Of a DNA stretch of 64,000 bases, positions 52,258-64,000 are shown piece after piece; positions within the stretch are counted from its first letter, which is position 1; each line of letters begins with the position of its first letter. This stretch comes from Podospora anserina (Eukaryota), in the NCBI GenBank assembly GCA_017654855.1, contig CM030337.1, forward strand, positions 1,488,001 through 1,552,000. Reading direction: 5' to 3'. A program made the translations under genes and the position numbers. The notes beneath the pieces were generated by a model. That model searched no databases, had not been told where the DNA came from, and was given only the letters and a program-made list of their open reading frames with translations.

Positions 52258-55200
52258 CTAATCCACCGGCTGCTGTTTAAACAAGCTCTTCCCCCTCAAC
52301 CACTTCCTATAAGCCTTATACCTCTTCTTCTGCGCATCCTCCTCGGTAACCGTCAGCGGGTTCTCCCCTACCGTCACAGTCTCCAAATATAACTCCCTAT
52401 CCTGCTCCTGCTCCTCCTCCTCCTCCCTATCATCCCTCCTCGGCATCCCCAGCTTCTGGGGCCAGGGCGTCGAAATCGGCAGCCCCTCCCACTGCCAACT
52501 CCCATTGACATACTCCTGGTATTCTGGCTCGATTTCCGAGAGCGGTATCTCGCTCGACACCACCAGCGGTAAATTCTGCGGGTGCGAAATGTAACGCGCG
52601 TAGTCTTCCGCTTCTACCGCGCTGACGGTGGGGTTGAGAGATTCCTGGACTACTTGGGTAAAAGTCCATTGTGCCGCGCGGGATTTCTCAAGGGCCGATT
52701 GTTTGTTTTTTGCTGCTTCGTCGCCGCTGTTGTCGTTGGGGTGGTGGGAGGTGTCTTTCATTATACCATGGGTGGCATGTTTGTCTGGTTGGAGCCAGCG
52801 GTGGGAGAAGATGCTTTTGCTGCCGCTTCCTGTGCTGGCTGTTGTGGTGGGAGTTGGTCCAGCATGGCCTGTCTTTTCGTTGATCGAGGATGTTTCCGCG
52901 TCGTCGGCCATGCGAACCATGTCGTGGGGAGCAACGATTGTGACTTCTTTCTTGGCTTTCTTCTTTTCTTGCGCTTCACTGTCGCCCAGCTCGGTGCGGA
53001 CTCGGAAGGGGCTGAGATCGTACCGGCCGTCGAGGGTTGATTTGAAGGGGATGTATCGGAGGGTGGAGTTCATTTTGTAAGAGAACATCTTGAGGAAGGA
53101 AGATAATGTGGAAGGGCGATAGTACTCAAGCCAGTAGTCATCGTAGGCCGACATTGGCTTGCTGGTGTGGGGAGCCTTTCCTTTGGTGGGCTGGTAGGGT
53201 GGGAGGACTCGCGGTTCGAGGAATTTCGGTGTATACCAATGAATGTAATCTCTTTTTCTCTTGTCAAGCCACGTGCGTGGGTTTTCGTGATGAAGGTAGT
53301 AGTCTGTTGCTAGATCCCACAGCATTGGCTGGCCGTGGGCAAAAATGTAGTTGCCCAGAAAAAGGTTGTAGGCTTCCTGGCGCTGCCCATCAAGAAAGGA
53401 GTTGTTGTAATACCGCTTGAAGCTCTCAATCATATCTCGGGAGTGACTTGTCCACTGGTTGATCTTGCGGTAAGTCTCCATCGTGTTGACGAGCTGTGAG
53501 CCGCCGTATTGGACGGCTATGGTGTCACCATGGTCATGGTACATGTGTGTGAACAAGTTGACAGCGTCGGTATCATAGTTGATGGCTGTGTCCCCAAGGA
53601 TGCCGAGCGCGTAGAGTTGATGTCCAAGTGCTCGCTTGCCAATGACAAACTGAGCGGCATTGGTTCTGTCGAGACAGTCTATGCAGTTTGTGCGCGCCAC
53701 CCCGTTCTGGACGCGGATGGGAGATGTGTAACCGTCCCCATTGTGAAAGAAGCCCGTGGTGATCAATACATCTTCTGCGATCTCCTCAAGCGTCCCGATG
53801 ACATCTTGATCACGACTCTTCGCGGCACGGGACATGTCCCAGGCACGATGGATGATCTTCTTGTCTGCTGGTAAGAACTGGTTGAGGTAGTTGATGGCAC
53901 GCGTGTATTCTTCGAGTAACTTGCTTTCTCGAGGTGTCCTCTCACGAGACTTTACCAGATTAAGTGCGTAGATGGGTGCCCCATAGCGCTCGAAGAGGTT
54001 GTCAAAGTGCAGGGCGGCCGCACTGTAGAAGGGGTCGACCAGGTTCAGCTCGATTGGAGGTTTCGGAGTCACACCTGTGTTGTCCTGCGTCCAGTAGAGA
54101 GGAATAGACCCACGGTGTTGCACATACGAAGTATAAGAAGGGTTGGCAAAGAACTTGGGACCAGGCGCATGGAACGAGGTCGTGAGGGCCTCTGATACAA
54201 TCTGCTCAGTCTCTACATCATTGGCGACATAGCCCAAATCATTGGCGCCTCTCTTCAAGAAACGAGCGCCAGCAAAGTACCGACTGCGGCGAGCAATGAC
54301 AGTGATGTGTGCTGTCCTGCCGTAGACCGAAACGGCGGCTTGGTCAATGTACCCGTGGATTATAGGGCGACACCAGTCATACGGCGCATTGAGAAGTTTC
54401 GCAACTGGCTGAAGCAAGTGGTTATTCCAGACAAACATGGAGTTGAAATCATCGTCAACCGCACAGGGGTGGCCATTGATCAGCGCAGCCCGCTCTCTGG
54501 TGATGTTGTACTGCAATGTCCGCGTGATATCATACGAGTAGCTGTAGTAGAAGGAGCGCGTTAGATCCAGGTTGTTCAGAATGCCCAGGAATCTCGACTC
54601 CTCGGTGTTGGTGTTTCGTTGATCCACCTTGAGGTTGGGTGATGTTAAGGGAATGAGGTCGGTGCCGTCGATTTGGTAAACGTAGTGGCCGCCTATCATG
54701 GCCACAGTGCTCTTCTTGGTGATGAGAAGCATGTACCAGGGTCCGGTAAACTTGATGAACCCCAGCAAACCCCATGTCGTACATCGAAGCTTCAGTCCAC
54801 CCGTTCCCTTGTTCCCATCGTCGATCGTATCTAGCAGCTCGTTCATGTCCTTCTGAGTATATACTGTCTTGTCGTCGGTGATACTTAGTTCCGACTCGTC
54901 ATCGTTGATCCTGTCGATCTTGAGGATACGATAACGCTTCTCTGTGACATCGCCGCCGACAATATAAAAGCGACTGGCTGTCTCGTACAAACTGAACCTA
55001 TGCATCTTGTGCATCAACCTCGACCTGGGGCCTGCCCCATCGATACCCCCATATCCGAGGCGAACCTCCTCGTCTTCGTCGTCTTCTGCCATTACTCCTA
55101 CACCTGGCCGCGATGATGCTGGGTCGGGGCTCGATGTTCGCAGGAAGGGTTTCGCGACAGCTGGCTCCTCGTCGTTGTCGTCGCCTAGCCCCGCGCCAGC

Positions 55201-55491
55201 GCCTGTGCGCAAAGGTGCCGATTTACCAGAGGCTACCGAGTCTGTGTCGGCACTGTTGTGAAGCGGGGGAAACAGGACGGGCTCGGTCTCTGGGAGCTCG
55301 GGGACTCGGGAAGGGGGAGGAGGGCCATTTTGGCTTTGGGCTTGGGACTGGCGTGGTAGCACTGGAACGGGAGCGGGAGTGGGAGCTTGGGGCACTGGAG
55401 CTGGTGTCTCGGGACCACCACCACCGCCTGCAGGTGTGGCAGCAACTAGGGCGCTGATCGCAAGTTGGGTTTCTGCTGTGTCGGCAGCCAT
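52258..55491 (-). CDS. FIG4: SAC-domain polyphosphoinositide phosphatase Fig4
   Basis: RRSRYFAGARFLKRG, VANDVETEQI, catalytic RTNCIDCLDRTN (CX5RT) and HGDTIAVQYGGS. Single exon. Confidence 0.95.
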   Translation of the reverse strand: MAADTAETQLAISALVAATPAGGGGGPETPAPVPQAPTPAPVPVLPRQSQAQSQNGPPPPSRVPELPETEPVLFPPLHNSADTDSVASGKSAPLRTGAGAGLGDDNDEEPAVAKPFLRTSSPDPASSRPGVGVMAEDDEDEEVRLGYGGIDGAGPRSRLMHKMHRFSLYETASRFYIVGGDVTEKRYRILKIDRINDDESELSITDDKTVYTQKDMNELLDTIDDGNKGTGGLKLRCTTWGLLGFIKFTGPWYMLLITKKSTVAMIGGHYVYQIDGTDLIPLTSPNLKVDQRNTNTEESRFLGILNNLDLTRSFYYSYSYDITRTLQYNITRERAALINGHPCAVDDDFNSMFVWNNHLLQPVAKLLNAPYDWCRPIIHGYIDQAAVSVYGRTAHITVIARRSRYFAGARFLKRGANDLGYVANDVETEQIVSEALTTSFHAPGPKFFANPSYTSYVQHRGSIPLYWTQDNTGVTPKPPIELNLVDPFYSAAALHFDNLFERYGAPIYALNLVKSRERTPRESKLLEEYTRAINYLNQFLPADKKIIHRAWDMSRAAKSRDQDVIGTLEEIAEDVLITTGFFHNGDGYTSPIRVQNGVARTNCIDCLDRTNAAQFVIGKRALGHQLYALGILGDTAINYDTDAVNLFTHMYHDHGDTIAVQYGGSQLVNTMETYRKINQWTSHSRDMIESFKRYYNNSFLDGQRQEAYNLFLGNYIFAHGQPMLWDLATDYYLHHENPRTWLDKRKRDYIHWYTPKFLEPRVLPPYQPTKGKAPHTSKPMSAYDDYWLEYYRPSTLSSFLKMFSYKMNSTLRYIPFKSTLDGRYDLSPFRVRTELGDSEAQEKKKAKKEVTIVAPHDMVRMADDAETSSINEKTGHAGPTPTTTASTGSGSKSIFSHRWLQPDKHATHGIMKDTSHHPNDNSGDEAAKNKQSALEKSRAAQWTFTQVVQESLNPTVSAVEAEDYARYISHPQNLPLVVSSEIPLSEIEPEYQEYVNGSWQWEGLPISTPWPQKLGMPRRDDREEEEEQEQDRELYLETVTVGENPLTVTEEDAQKKRYKAYRKWLRGKSLFKQQPVD

Positions 55492-56427
55492 ATTCACCAG
55501 TCCCCCATCGTACCAGAGTTAATGTGTCAGCCGTGATAGGCGATAGGGCGGTAGGGTAGTGGAGGAGAGGTCGGTGTGGGTTCAGTTGAGGTCGGTCAGC
55601 GGCAAGCATGAAGCACGGTGATGTAATAGGTGGGGGTGGGACCAGCTTGTACAAAATAAACGAAATTGCTTACACAAAACACACAATAAACAGTGGCTAA
55701 TTGAATAACACGAAGACCTTTTCAATATCAACCAACACACCTTCTATAAGTTCTGTCTCTGAGGGCCCTTCGATGGTTTTCGAGGCAAGTCTGTCATCTT
55801 CGAATACCTGCTATTCTGTCCAAAATGTGGTGGACCGCACTGGATGGACGCCTGAATCAAGTGATCCACCTCATCTCATCCCACAGTCTCAGACGCAGTT
55901 CTTGAGATGAGGTTCACAAAGAAAGCCTTGTATTACGACATTTCTTACGTATTAACTGCATTCTGGCACTCAAATGTTGTGTATAACATTACTCTTGACA
56001 AATCTGCGCTCTTGGGTTCCTGAGCACGGTTGACCCGTTTAGAGTTTGAGTTTCAACGAGCACTCTTGGCTCAGAGTTGGTCGAAGAAGAACCACGACAG
56101 CTTCATGTCCGGGCGCAAGATGTTCCAGCTTAACCTTCTGTCCCTCGGAATAGTGGATGATCAGGATTCCCTGACGGGTTATTCCTATCGCGTTTGTTCA
56201 TTTTGTCACTTGCTGAGGCTTCCAACATGGTTCTTAGGCATTTGCACGGGTTCAAGGGCACCAACATGTCAAGAGACATCTCAATCTTTATTAGTGCTAT
56301 GGGGAAAACAAGCTGTCTTGCGGTTTTCTGGTCCTGCATGTCATTCGTTTTGCCTTGGTTCCATGGCTCCCACTAAATAAGCTTCAGGCTGGCGTTCAAG
56401 TGGCCCGGCACCTCTTCACCTTGAGCC

Positions 56428-58492
56428 ATGCCCTCGAGCACCTCGGAAGCATGCGAGTCGTCCGCGCGTCACCTTGTAATCCTCACTCGTCTCGGAGATT
56501 CAACATTGCGGTCTAATCCTTCCCGTAGGACCATGGCCTACTCGACGAAAGTTGTCGGGCATTTATCGAGTCCGCGCGGTAGGGAAGACAATGTCCTGAT
56601 CATTCCCGAACCTCCTCCTCCTCCAAGGCCATCGCTCCCTGGCCGCCGTGTCAACCAGGTTGCGCCTTTTTCTCATCCGGAAATCACTCGCCAACGACCC
56701 TTACGATCCACTACCGTCTTGACAGAGTATACCACTATTACCACCACCCCCGTCGTTGTTGTCTTGGTCGAAGGTCCTTTCACCACTGGCCATCCCCAAG
56801 ACACGACCACCACACAAAAAGCAAACCCTTTGTTTTCTACCAAGCGAGGAACACTGTTAACAAGGACAAGGTAGGAAGAGCTTCACCAGCCGCAGGAGCT
56901 GACGGCTGACACCAGATCCAGGATCGCTGGAGTGGCAGAGCCCACTCGGACAATCTCTGTGGCCATGGATGCCGTGTGAGTGTGCTCGATATCGGCAGTT
57001 ATATGGTGGAGAAGTTGAGCTGACAAAGCCTCTCCAGCCCGTATGCCCCTCCGCCGGAACCGACAGCGTCTGCGGCCGTCGACCTCCCTCAGGATCCAGG
57101 AAATGGAGCGATGCTCACAGGGGAGTGTGCGTCGGCGCAGTATACACTCATCGATGATGGCGGGCCGACCATGATATATGCGCCCTTTGTGGGCTGTATC
57201 AACAATAAACCAGATTGCTGTCCCTATAAACCCGCAACCATGGCTCAAAAGTTCAAGGCCGTTGTCACAGCCAGTTCCGGTGTGTTTCCCACTCCGCAAA
57301 ATCAAATAGATTCCATAATGAAAAGTTGTGCTGCCGATTACTACTCCGTCTCTGGAAGTTGCTGCCCAAGGTACGTCATCATGTCGTCTGAAGAAGAAGC
57401 CGTGAACATCAAAAACTGATTACAGGTCATAGCGGCTACGCACTTTGGACCTCCGTCATGGGTGGCCAAACACCATGTATAAGGGCTCTCACAGCAACCA
57501 CCGGGGTGCAGACCATCACCAACGCGCCGGCCGCGACAACAACGAAACCGACCATGGCCGTCACGGGCGTTGTCTTTGCCATGGCCTATCCACTGGAGGA
57601 AACCTCGGGAGGACTCCCGAGTGGAACAATCGCAGGCATAGTCGTGGGCATCATCATGGGAGTATTCTTCCTAGCGGCGGTGATATTCTTCAGTTGCCGC
57701 TACCGGCGCAGCAAACAACTGAAGAACTTCAAGAAGGAACTTCATCAAAACTTCTATGGCGATAACGGGACTAGAACGTCGGAAGTTCCGACGCTCGTTA
57801 ACAATACGAACGCCAACAGTATACGGGGAAGCACTACTACCACGATGGCGCATCATCGGCCACAAAGCTCCCTTTGCGGCACCCAGTACCTCCACCACAA
57901 GACCATCAAGCGCGGCTCGGTCGCCAGCCTCGGGCACAAAGAGGAGCGAGACTTGTCCCAGGTCGATAACCCCGCCGAACGATACACACCCGACTCGGCC
58001 TACCCCCAAAGACCACCAGCCAGGGAAGCGATGGTAAGGCGGGAATCATCAGTACACAGTCTGGATTCGCAACTATCTCTCCATGACGAGAACTGTTACG
58101 ACAACATCTTGCCCTCCCCGGGCACGCCAGGGATTTTGGCAGATGGGAATAACAATCACAATATCCACAACAGCAGCAATAATCCAACCAACGATTGGGT
58201 TGTCTCTGGGTCGGAATTGCACCTGGCAAAACCGCAGAGGCTGTCGAGGGGATACCCGAGGATAGTGTACACTCATTCCCATGGACATGGGAGCAATACA
58301 AGTGTGCCGACTACGGTGACTGGTGGCGAGGGTGGGGGAGCGGGGAGGCCGTCGACCTCTACGTCAGGGAGTGCGAGCGGGTCGGGGAGTATTTGCAGTA
58401 GGCCGTCGACAAGGTTGGAAGTTATGCCGGGAACGCCGGAGGAGGATAATAAGACCAATGGGAATAGGGAGAGGCAGAAGGTTGAGGTTTGA
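56428..58492 (+). CDS. Single-pass membrane protein with a Cys-rich (CCP) ectodomain and Ser/Thr stalk (Mid2/Wsc-like topology); 5' exon structure uncertain
   Basis: FVGCINNKPDCCPY, CAADYYSVSGSCCP and TM GTIAGIVVGIIMGVFFLAAVIFF followed by CRYRRSK. Introns about 56871-56915, 56976-57037 and 57371-57431. Confidence 0.65.
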
Positions 58493-59919
58493 GTTGGAAG
58501 GTTGGAAGGAGATTGGAACTTTGAATGTTATGATTGTGATAGAGATTGATGTGGATGATGGATATGTTTATAAAGATGCTTTTGGGATATGAAGGAGAAG
58601 GGGGGAGGGATATCGACAGGGGGATACGACAGAGACAGACAACAACAACAACAACCACGGACATAGGAGGTTAGAGTGGACGGCCTATGGTCAGAGCAGT
58701 TGGTGAGAGAAGGAATGGTGGATGAAGACGAAGGATGATCTAGAAAGTGGGAGGATATCTGTCTGTGACCTGTTTTGTCTCATGATCCGTCGTTGGAGGG
58801 TGAGTAGGTACATGACCTTTTTTCTTTTTCTTTTAATACGTCAAAACAAATGAACATATGTCGTACATGGACAAGAGATGGATAGGAACAAAACGAAGAG
58901 AATGAGTATTCCGGGGACGGCCTCCGGGGGTTAAGATTAAAACTGGTCGTTATGGGTTGGGTTTGGGGATACACCGTTATGCTGTTCTTTTTTTTCTGGG
59001 TCATATCTCTCGTTGTCCACTTCACCTTGCACAGGTCTCTATCCTTCTTTTGATGGGGATATTTTAATAGTGGGTTCTCTTCTGGAACTATTGCATGATG
59101 AGTGATATCTGTGATGCACAATGACAACTTCTGTGTCCCCTATATCCAACTCCCAAGCCCGTCATCCTCCAAGTTGTGTTAAAGAACCCAAAACCTATAA
59201 CGTGACATCAACTTACATTCCACCCTTTCGTTTCACAGAATCATCCCGTCCATCGACACAATCGGATTCGCTGGACCAAAAACACAACAACCCTTATCTG
59301 TTCCCACTCGGCAATCAATACCGAACAATTTAAAAACCTCCGATCTTCAGGGTCCTTTTTTCCCACGGCAGTGCAAACTGCACAATGATATCAGCTCTTG
59401 GCTTTTGCACCGCCCCTAACTCCAATCGTCCGATCGGTCGGGCACCAGAGGATGGAACCTCGTCAGTCATGTTGTGTAACCCCTCACTTCTTTTCTAGAA
59501 CTCTCGTTGGGTGGTGTATGCTGACTGGCTCAGATTTTATAAAAGCAGGGAAGTGATCGACAAGAGTGACGCACCGCCCGGATTCTTACAGCTCAACCAC
59601 CATCCACGCTTCACCAACGCGGGGTATGGGGTAAAAATCAGGTTATTCGTCCGGGAACACAAAGAACAGAAAAAAGTTAGTTATATCCCCATCCCCATGT
59701 CCAGACGGGGAAAATGGAATTTCAAAAAGGGGTGTGTGCTTGTTCAATAAAGAATTCCGTCAAAAACAACAAATATTTGTCATCTGGTCTTGGCAAGGGT
59801 GAATAGGGGTCGCTTCAAGACTCAAAGTCATCACTCATCACCTCACTAGTTTCATCTCATGACACTTTTTTTTCTTCACTTTTTATGATTTACGATCTAT
59901 AGAGAGAAAATAATCTGTA

Positions 59920-61056
59920 ATGCCTACCCGTCCATCAAGATTACCCCGGCGCATCAGTCATTCCACGCCCCCGAGCACAACGTACGCTCGGGATTACGCC
60001 GAACACGACGATGATCATGACAGTTCCAGAGGACCGCGAAGGGGTCGAGCAGATGATCAACATCATCGACGACACAGAAGAAGGAGGAGTGTCGAGTCAG
60101 ACGATGGAATTTACCATGATCCAAGAGATCGCCGCTCTCACAAGAGTCGAGGAAGGGGAAGAAGTGTCGACTCAGACGACGACACTTCCCGCGAGTCAAG
60201 AGAGAAGCGCTCTCGCAGAAGCCAAAGAAGGGACAGAAGCACCGATTCCGAGGACAGCACTTACCACGGCAGGTCCCGACATCAAAGCCGAAAAAGAGAC
60301 AGGAGCATCGACTCACAAGACAAGCGCCACCACTCGCACGACGAAGAAACCTCAAGACGAGGTCGACATCGATCAGTACGCCACCCCCTGAGAGGTTCAC
60401 ACCGGTCGCCATCTCGATCATCATCAGCCTCTTCCTCCTCATCAGAGAGCGACTTTGACCGTGTCCGTGACCCTTCCCCCAAACAGCCCGGTCGTCTCCG
60501 CCGCCTAGCCCGCAGCGTCAGCCGTCTAGGTCGTCGTCGCAAACCATCCGTCTCATCGCGTTCCAGGTCCAGGAGTCGCAGGGGCAGGGAAGACTCGCAC
60601 CTCCGCTCCAGATCCCACCCACCCCACCACCACCACTCCTCATCAAAACGCAACGAATCCCACTCTCCCGCAGACATCATCTACACAGCCGCACGCACCG
60701 CCTTTGAAGCAGGAGCAGTGGCCGCTCTCAAGCTGCGGGATGATCCCTCGCCATTGATAGGTGCCAAAGGTGGCAAGATTGTCGCTGCCGCCGTCGGAGC
60801 TGCTGTTGTCGACACGTTCATCGACCAAAAGCACCCTAAGCGGAAAGGAGGGTTGAGACACACTGTCATGAGGCAGGCTACTCAGATGGCGATAGGAAAC
60901 ATCGTTATGCCGGCTGTCATACACGCTGATAAGAGACACGGAAAGGGAGTCCCAGTGCAGACAAGTGTAAGGGGCAAAAGTGCATGGTTTGGGAATATGA
61001 AGGCTGCTGGTGCAAAGGCCGGAGGGGGCGTGAGAGCGGGTGGTGGGAGGAGGTAA
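59920..61056 (+). CDS. Arg/Ser/His-rich protein with C-terminal Gly/Ala-rich segment (DUF3824-like)
   Basis: 378-aa ATG ORF with RS repeats followed by AARTAFEAGAVAALKLRDDPSPLIGAKGGKIVAAAVGAA. Confidence 0.65.
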   Translation: MPTRPSRLPRRISHSTPPSTTYARDYAEHDDDHDSSRGPRRGRADDQHHRRHRRRRSVESDDGIYHDPRDRRSHKSRGRGRSVDSDDDTSRESREKRSRRSQRRDRSTDSEDSTYHGRSRHQSRKRDRSIDSQDKRHHSHDEETSRRGRHRSVRHPLRGSHRSPSRSSSASSSSSESDFDRVRDPSPKQPGRLRRLARSVSRLGRRRKPSVSSRSRSRSRRGREDSHLRSRSHPPHHHHSSSKRNESHSPADIIYTAARTAFEAGAVAALKLRDDPSPLIGAKGGKIVAAAVGAAVVDTFIDQKHPKRKGGLRHTVMRQATQMAIGNIVMPAVIHADKRHGKGVPVQTSVRGKSAWFGNMKAAGAKAGGGVRAGGGRR

Positions 61057-61963
61057 GTTGGAGAGATGCATAATTTTCTGCCGTTGTACCATGTTTGGTC
61101 TCGTTTCATTATGGGTGCTGACTGCGGGATTGATGTCGTTCTGGAAGGCGGCTGCAATAATGACCTGATGTCTGTAACGAATAAAAGATTGGTAGAAAAA
61201 AGACATTAGAGATGGCGTGAAACAATTGACTTGCATTTACATGACAGCAAGAATGTAGCCTGCCTTTGTCAATCAGCGTTCTCCGAAACTGTAATTAGAC
61301 GTTCTTCTAGGCCTGTCTGATACAGACAATATGAGCTCGCCTAGTCTTACCCACCAAACATCCCTTTGGTGGCATCTTTCACCTAGTGTCTCCAATTCGT
61401 GGCAGTAAAACGGTAGACTGTTGATATCTCCGCATCGCTGACCTTTATTAGTGCGCACTTTGAAGGGGACCGTCGGGTCTAGGCTGGAAACCGACAGCTT
61501 TTTATCTCTGAATATCAGGCCCAAGGCCATTGAACGGGCATCGGTTCCTGGTCCGGCTCCTGTACAGAGGCAGGTTCCTGTCTTAGATCTTGGCATGGAC
61601 TCGGTGTCCGGCAAAAACAACACTAGGGAATGTCGGACGGCGGTTTATTGCCGCTTTAAGGTATTCAGCTCCAGCCGGTCAGCCACGGACTCTCTCCAAA
61701 TCGGACCCCGAACCAGCTTATGTGAGGCGCTCTGCAACGGCGCTCTAAGCAAGACCGATGCGGTTGTTTAAATAGAAAGGCAACGGCCGTAACGGTTTGA
61801 TTCAGAGTCAGCCTCACCTTCCAAGCATTGTCCCAGTGGTTTTCTGTAGATAGCATCCAGACTTACAAAGAGCCTCTTCCCCGAATCCACCGTCCATCTC
61901 GACCTCGACTTGCTACATTCCAACATCTGATCTCGCTAGGCAACCCACCAAGTCAAAAAAAAG

Positions 61964-62835
61964 ATGAGAATTCTAGGTCTCCATGGTCAAGGGACAAGTG
62001 CCTACATCTTCAAATCTCAAACAGGTAAGTTGCAATGCCCCAAATCTTATCAGATCGCACACTTACAGATGCAATAGTTGCTTTGAGAGCAAAGCTCCCA
62101 AAAAGCTACGAATTCGACTTTGTTGATGCCCCATTTCATTGCGCCCCAGCACCAGGTATCAAGGTCTTGTTCGACTCCAGTCATTACACTTGGTGGCCAA
62201 AAGCGACCATCAACGGCATCAAAGGTGCGCACAAGTGGTTGATCGACTACATCGAGGAAAACGGACCCTACGACGCCGTGATTTGCTTTTCCCAGGGCTG
62301 CTCCTTAGTTAGCAGCTTCCTTCTCTACCACAACCTCGAAACACCCGAGGAACCTCTACCATTCAAAGCAGCCATCTTCATCTGCGGCGGTCTCCCTCTC
62401 GGTGTCCTCGAAGATCTCAACTTGCCCATCACAGAAAAGGCCCATGCTGTCAACGATGCCACGGGTGCGCTGCTCAAGAAGAAGGCCGGCGCATTGATTG
62501 ATCTGGCGAAGAATCTCGACAAAATCAAGCCGGGCATGGGACTGTGGGACGACGTCAACGGGTTGCTTCACGACCCGTCAAAGATGCCAGACGAGACAGA
62601 TGTGTTTGGGATTGACTTTACCGCCATGCCAAAGGAAGCCATGATCAAGATTCCAACAATTCACATCTACGGTGCTAAGGACCCAAGGTGGCCATCGAGT
62701 GTTCAGTTGGCGTACTTTTGCGAGAACAGGAAGGAGTACGATCACGGCGGTGGACACGATATCCCTCGGTCGACGGACGTTTCCATCAAGATTGCGAAGA
62801 TGTTGGAGGATTTGAGGGAGGAGATTGGAGCATAA
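61964..62835 (+). CDS. FSH1/OVCA2-family serine hydrolase; exons 61964-62024, 62078-62835
   Basis: MRILGLHGQGTSAYIFKSQT, GPYDAVICFSQG, IPTIHIYGAKD and HGGGHDIP (Ser-Asp-His triad). Confidence 0.9.
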
Positions 62836-63719
62836 TGCTTGTCGGAAAAGTAATTGATGGTACTGGCATAATATCGGCGTTTGATCGTGGGGGCGGGTTT
62901 GTGTTGTTCGGGCTCGGCTTATCGGTATTGCGTTTGGGACTCGGGCATTTGGATATACCATTTGGCGATAAGAGCTCATAAGTTTCGATGATTTTGGAGA
63001 CTTAGAGTGACGATGCAAGAAAGAAAAGCGATTGTAATCAACAGTGCGTTTGCTCAGAGGGAAGGCGCACGCAAGGCTAGGAACAGGTACCTTGATTTTG
63101 GCAAGTACAAGCAGTCACTGTCGCAGGAGTTCTTTCCATGCAAAAGTAATACATCTAAGAATCAGGCTTCGTATCCTCTTATTTTCATAAGATTTAGATT
63201 CTCCATCAGTATTACTCCATTATGCAAGGTACTGGTGAAGGGCCATCAACCTCGACTTATACGGTAGGCGCGTTGAACCCTAACCCTCACCGGCCACACT
63301 CTGACCGACGATGTATCAGGAGCCTGATGCGAAACATCAGAAACAATTGCGCAAAACTTCTTATGAACTCCATATGGTGTCTTTTGCGTCCTAAAAATCA
63401 CAAGAAACCCATTTGGGCATCTCCGTGTCGTCATTGCAGCAAAGCTGAGGGTCCCGGCGAAGCCCGCCCCGCCGAAGACCGAGTTCGGCCGTCCGCTATC
63501 AGCGGGGCAAAATCCGCGCTTGTTATCGGTCACCACCGACATCAATTAGTGATAAAGATCCTGGCCGATAGATAAGCATCAACGTCATGACGGGAAACTT
63601 GGGAAGATATAAGAGACGGCTGCTCTCCTTGTTTGACTTCAATTTTAGCTCCTCATCCTCAGCCCGGACTTACAAGACAGAACAAATCAAGAACCTTTAA
63701 ACCCCAAACACTCACAACC

Positions 63720-64000
63720 ATGCCTTCAGCCACCGGCCCCGTTGTCCAACCTCTCACGCCTCCCGAGGGCTCCAAGATCAACTTCGGAGCCACCATCACA
63801 GGCATTGACATTGAGAACCTCACTGGTAAGACATGAAAAAGCATCATACATGATGAAAAAATGTGACCTCTGTAGAAAAGGGAGAATACCCGTGAAATCG
63901 GTAACCTCCTCGGTAAGCCACCCCAATCATCAAACTAACCCCAGAACACCCTCCACTAACATCCCCCACCTAGACTCTGACTTTGCCCTCATCCGTGACG
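63720..64000 (+). CDS. 5' part of a TauD/TfdA-family 2-oxoglutarate dioxygenase (XanA-like); truncated by the window end; intron 63826-63973
   Basis: VQPLTPPEGSKINFGATITGIDIENLT|DSDFALIRD resembles the N-terminus of fungal TauD-type enzymes. Catalytic motifs lie outside the window. Confidence 0.6.

Noticed and set aside
56030..56380. 116-aa ORF between FIG4 and the membrane protein gene
   Set aside because: Non-ATG start and no recognisable homology.

Overview
Gene-dense chromosomal window from a filamentous ascomycete. Sordariales (Podospora-like) is inferred from GT..CTRAC..YAG introns, dispersed 5S sequence and RIP-type decay. About 16 protein genes are supported: IDI1, a MATE transporter, URB1/NPA1, a 4E-T/Eap1-like eIF4E-binding protein, peroxisomal Lon, a Zn2Cys6 transcription factor behind an ~11 kb gene-poor region, an orphan nuclear protein, MLH1, an F-box protein, CCA1, TTI2-like, FIG4, a Cys-rich single-pass membrane protein, an RS-rich DUF3824-like protein, an FSH1 hydrolase and the 5' end of a TauD/XanA-like dioxygenase. 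The most unusual part is a ~7.5 kb accessory island between MLH1 and CCA1. It holds an F-box gene, a coiled-coil gene relic and a RIP-killed Fot1/pogo transposon inserted in a reconstructable multi-exon Cys-motif pseudogene. That pseudogene abuts the isolated 3' half of a 5S rRNA gene, followed by a 300-bp T-rich tract and a dense GTGATAAT palindrome array. This layout suggests the remnant of a 5S-targeting mobile element, but no recombinase is visible. All product calls come from motif recognition by eye; no database searches were run.
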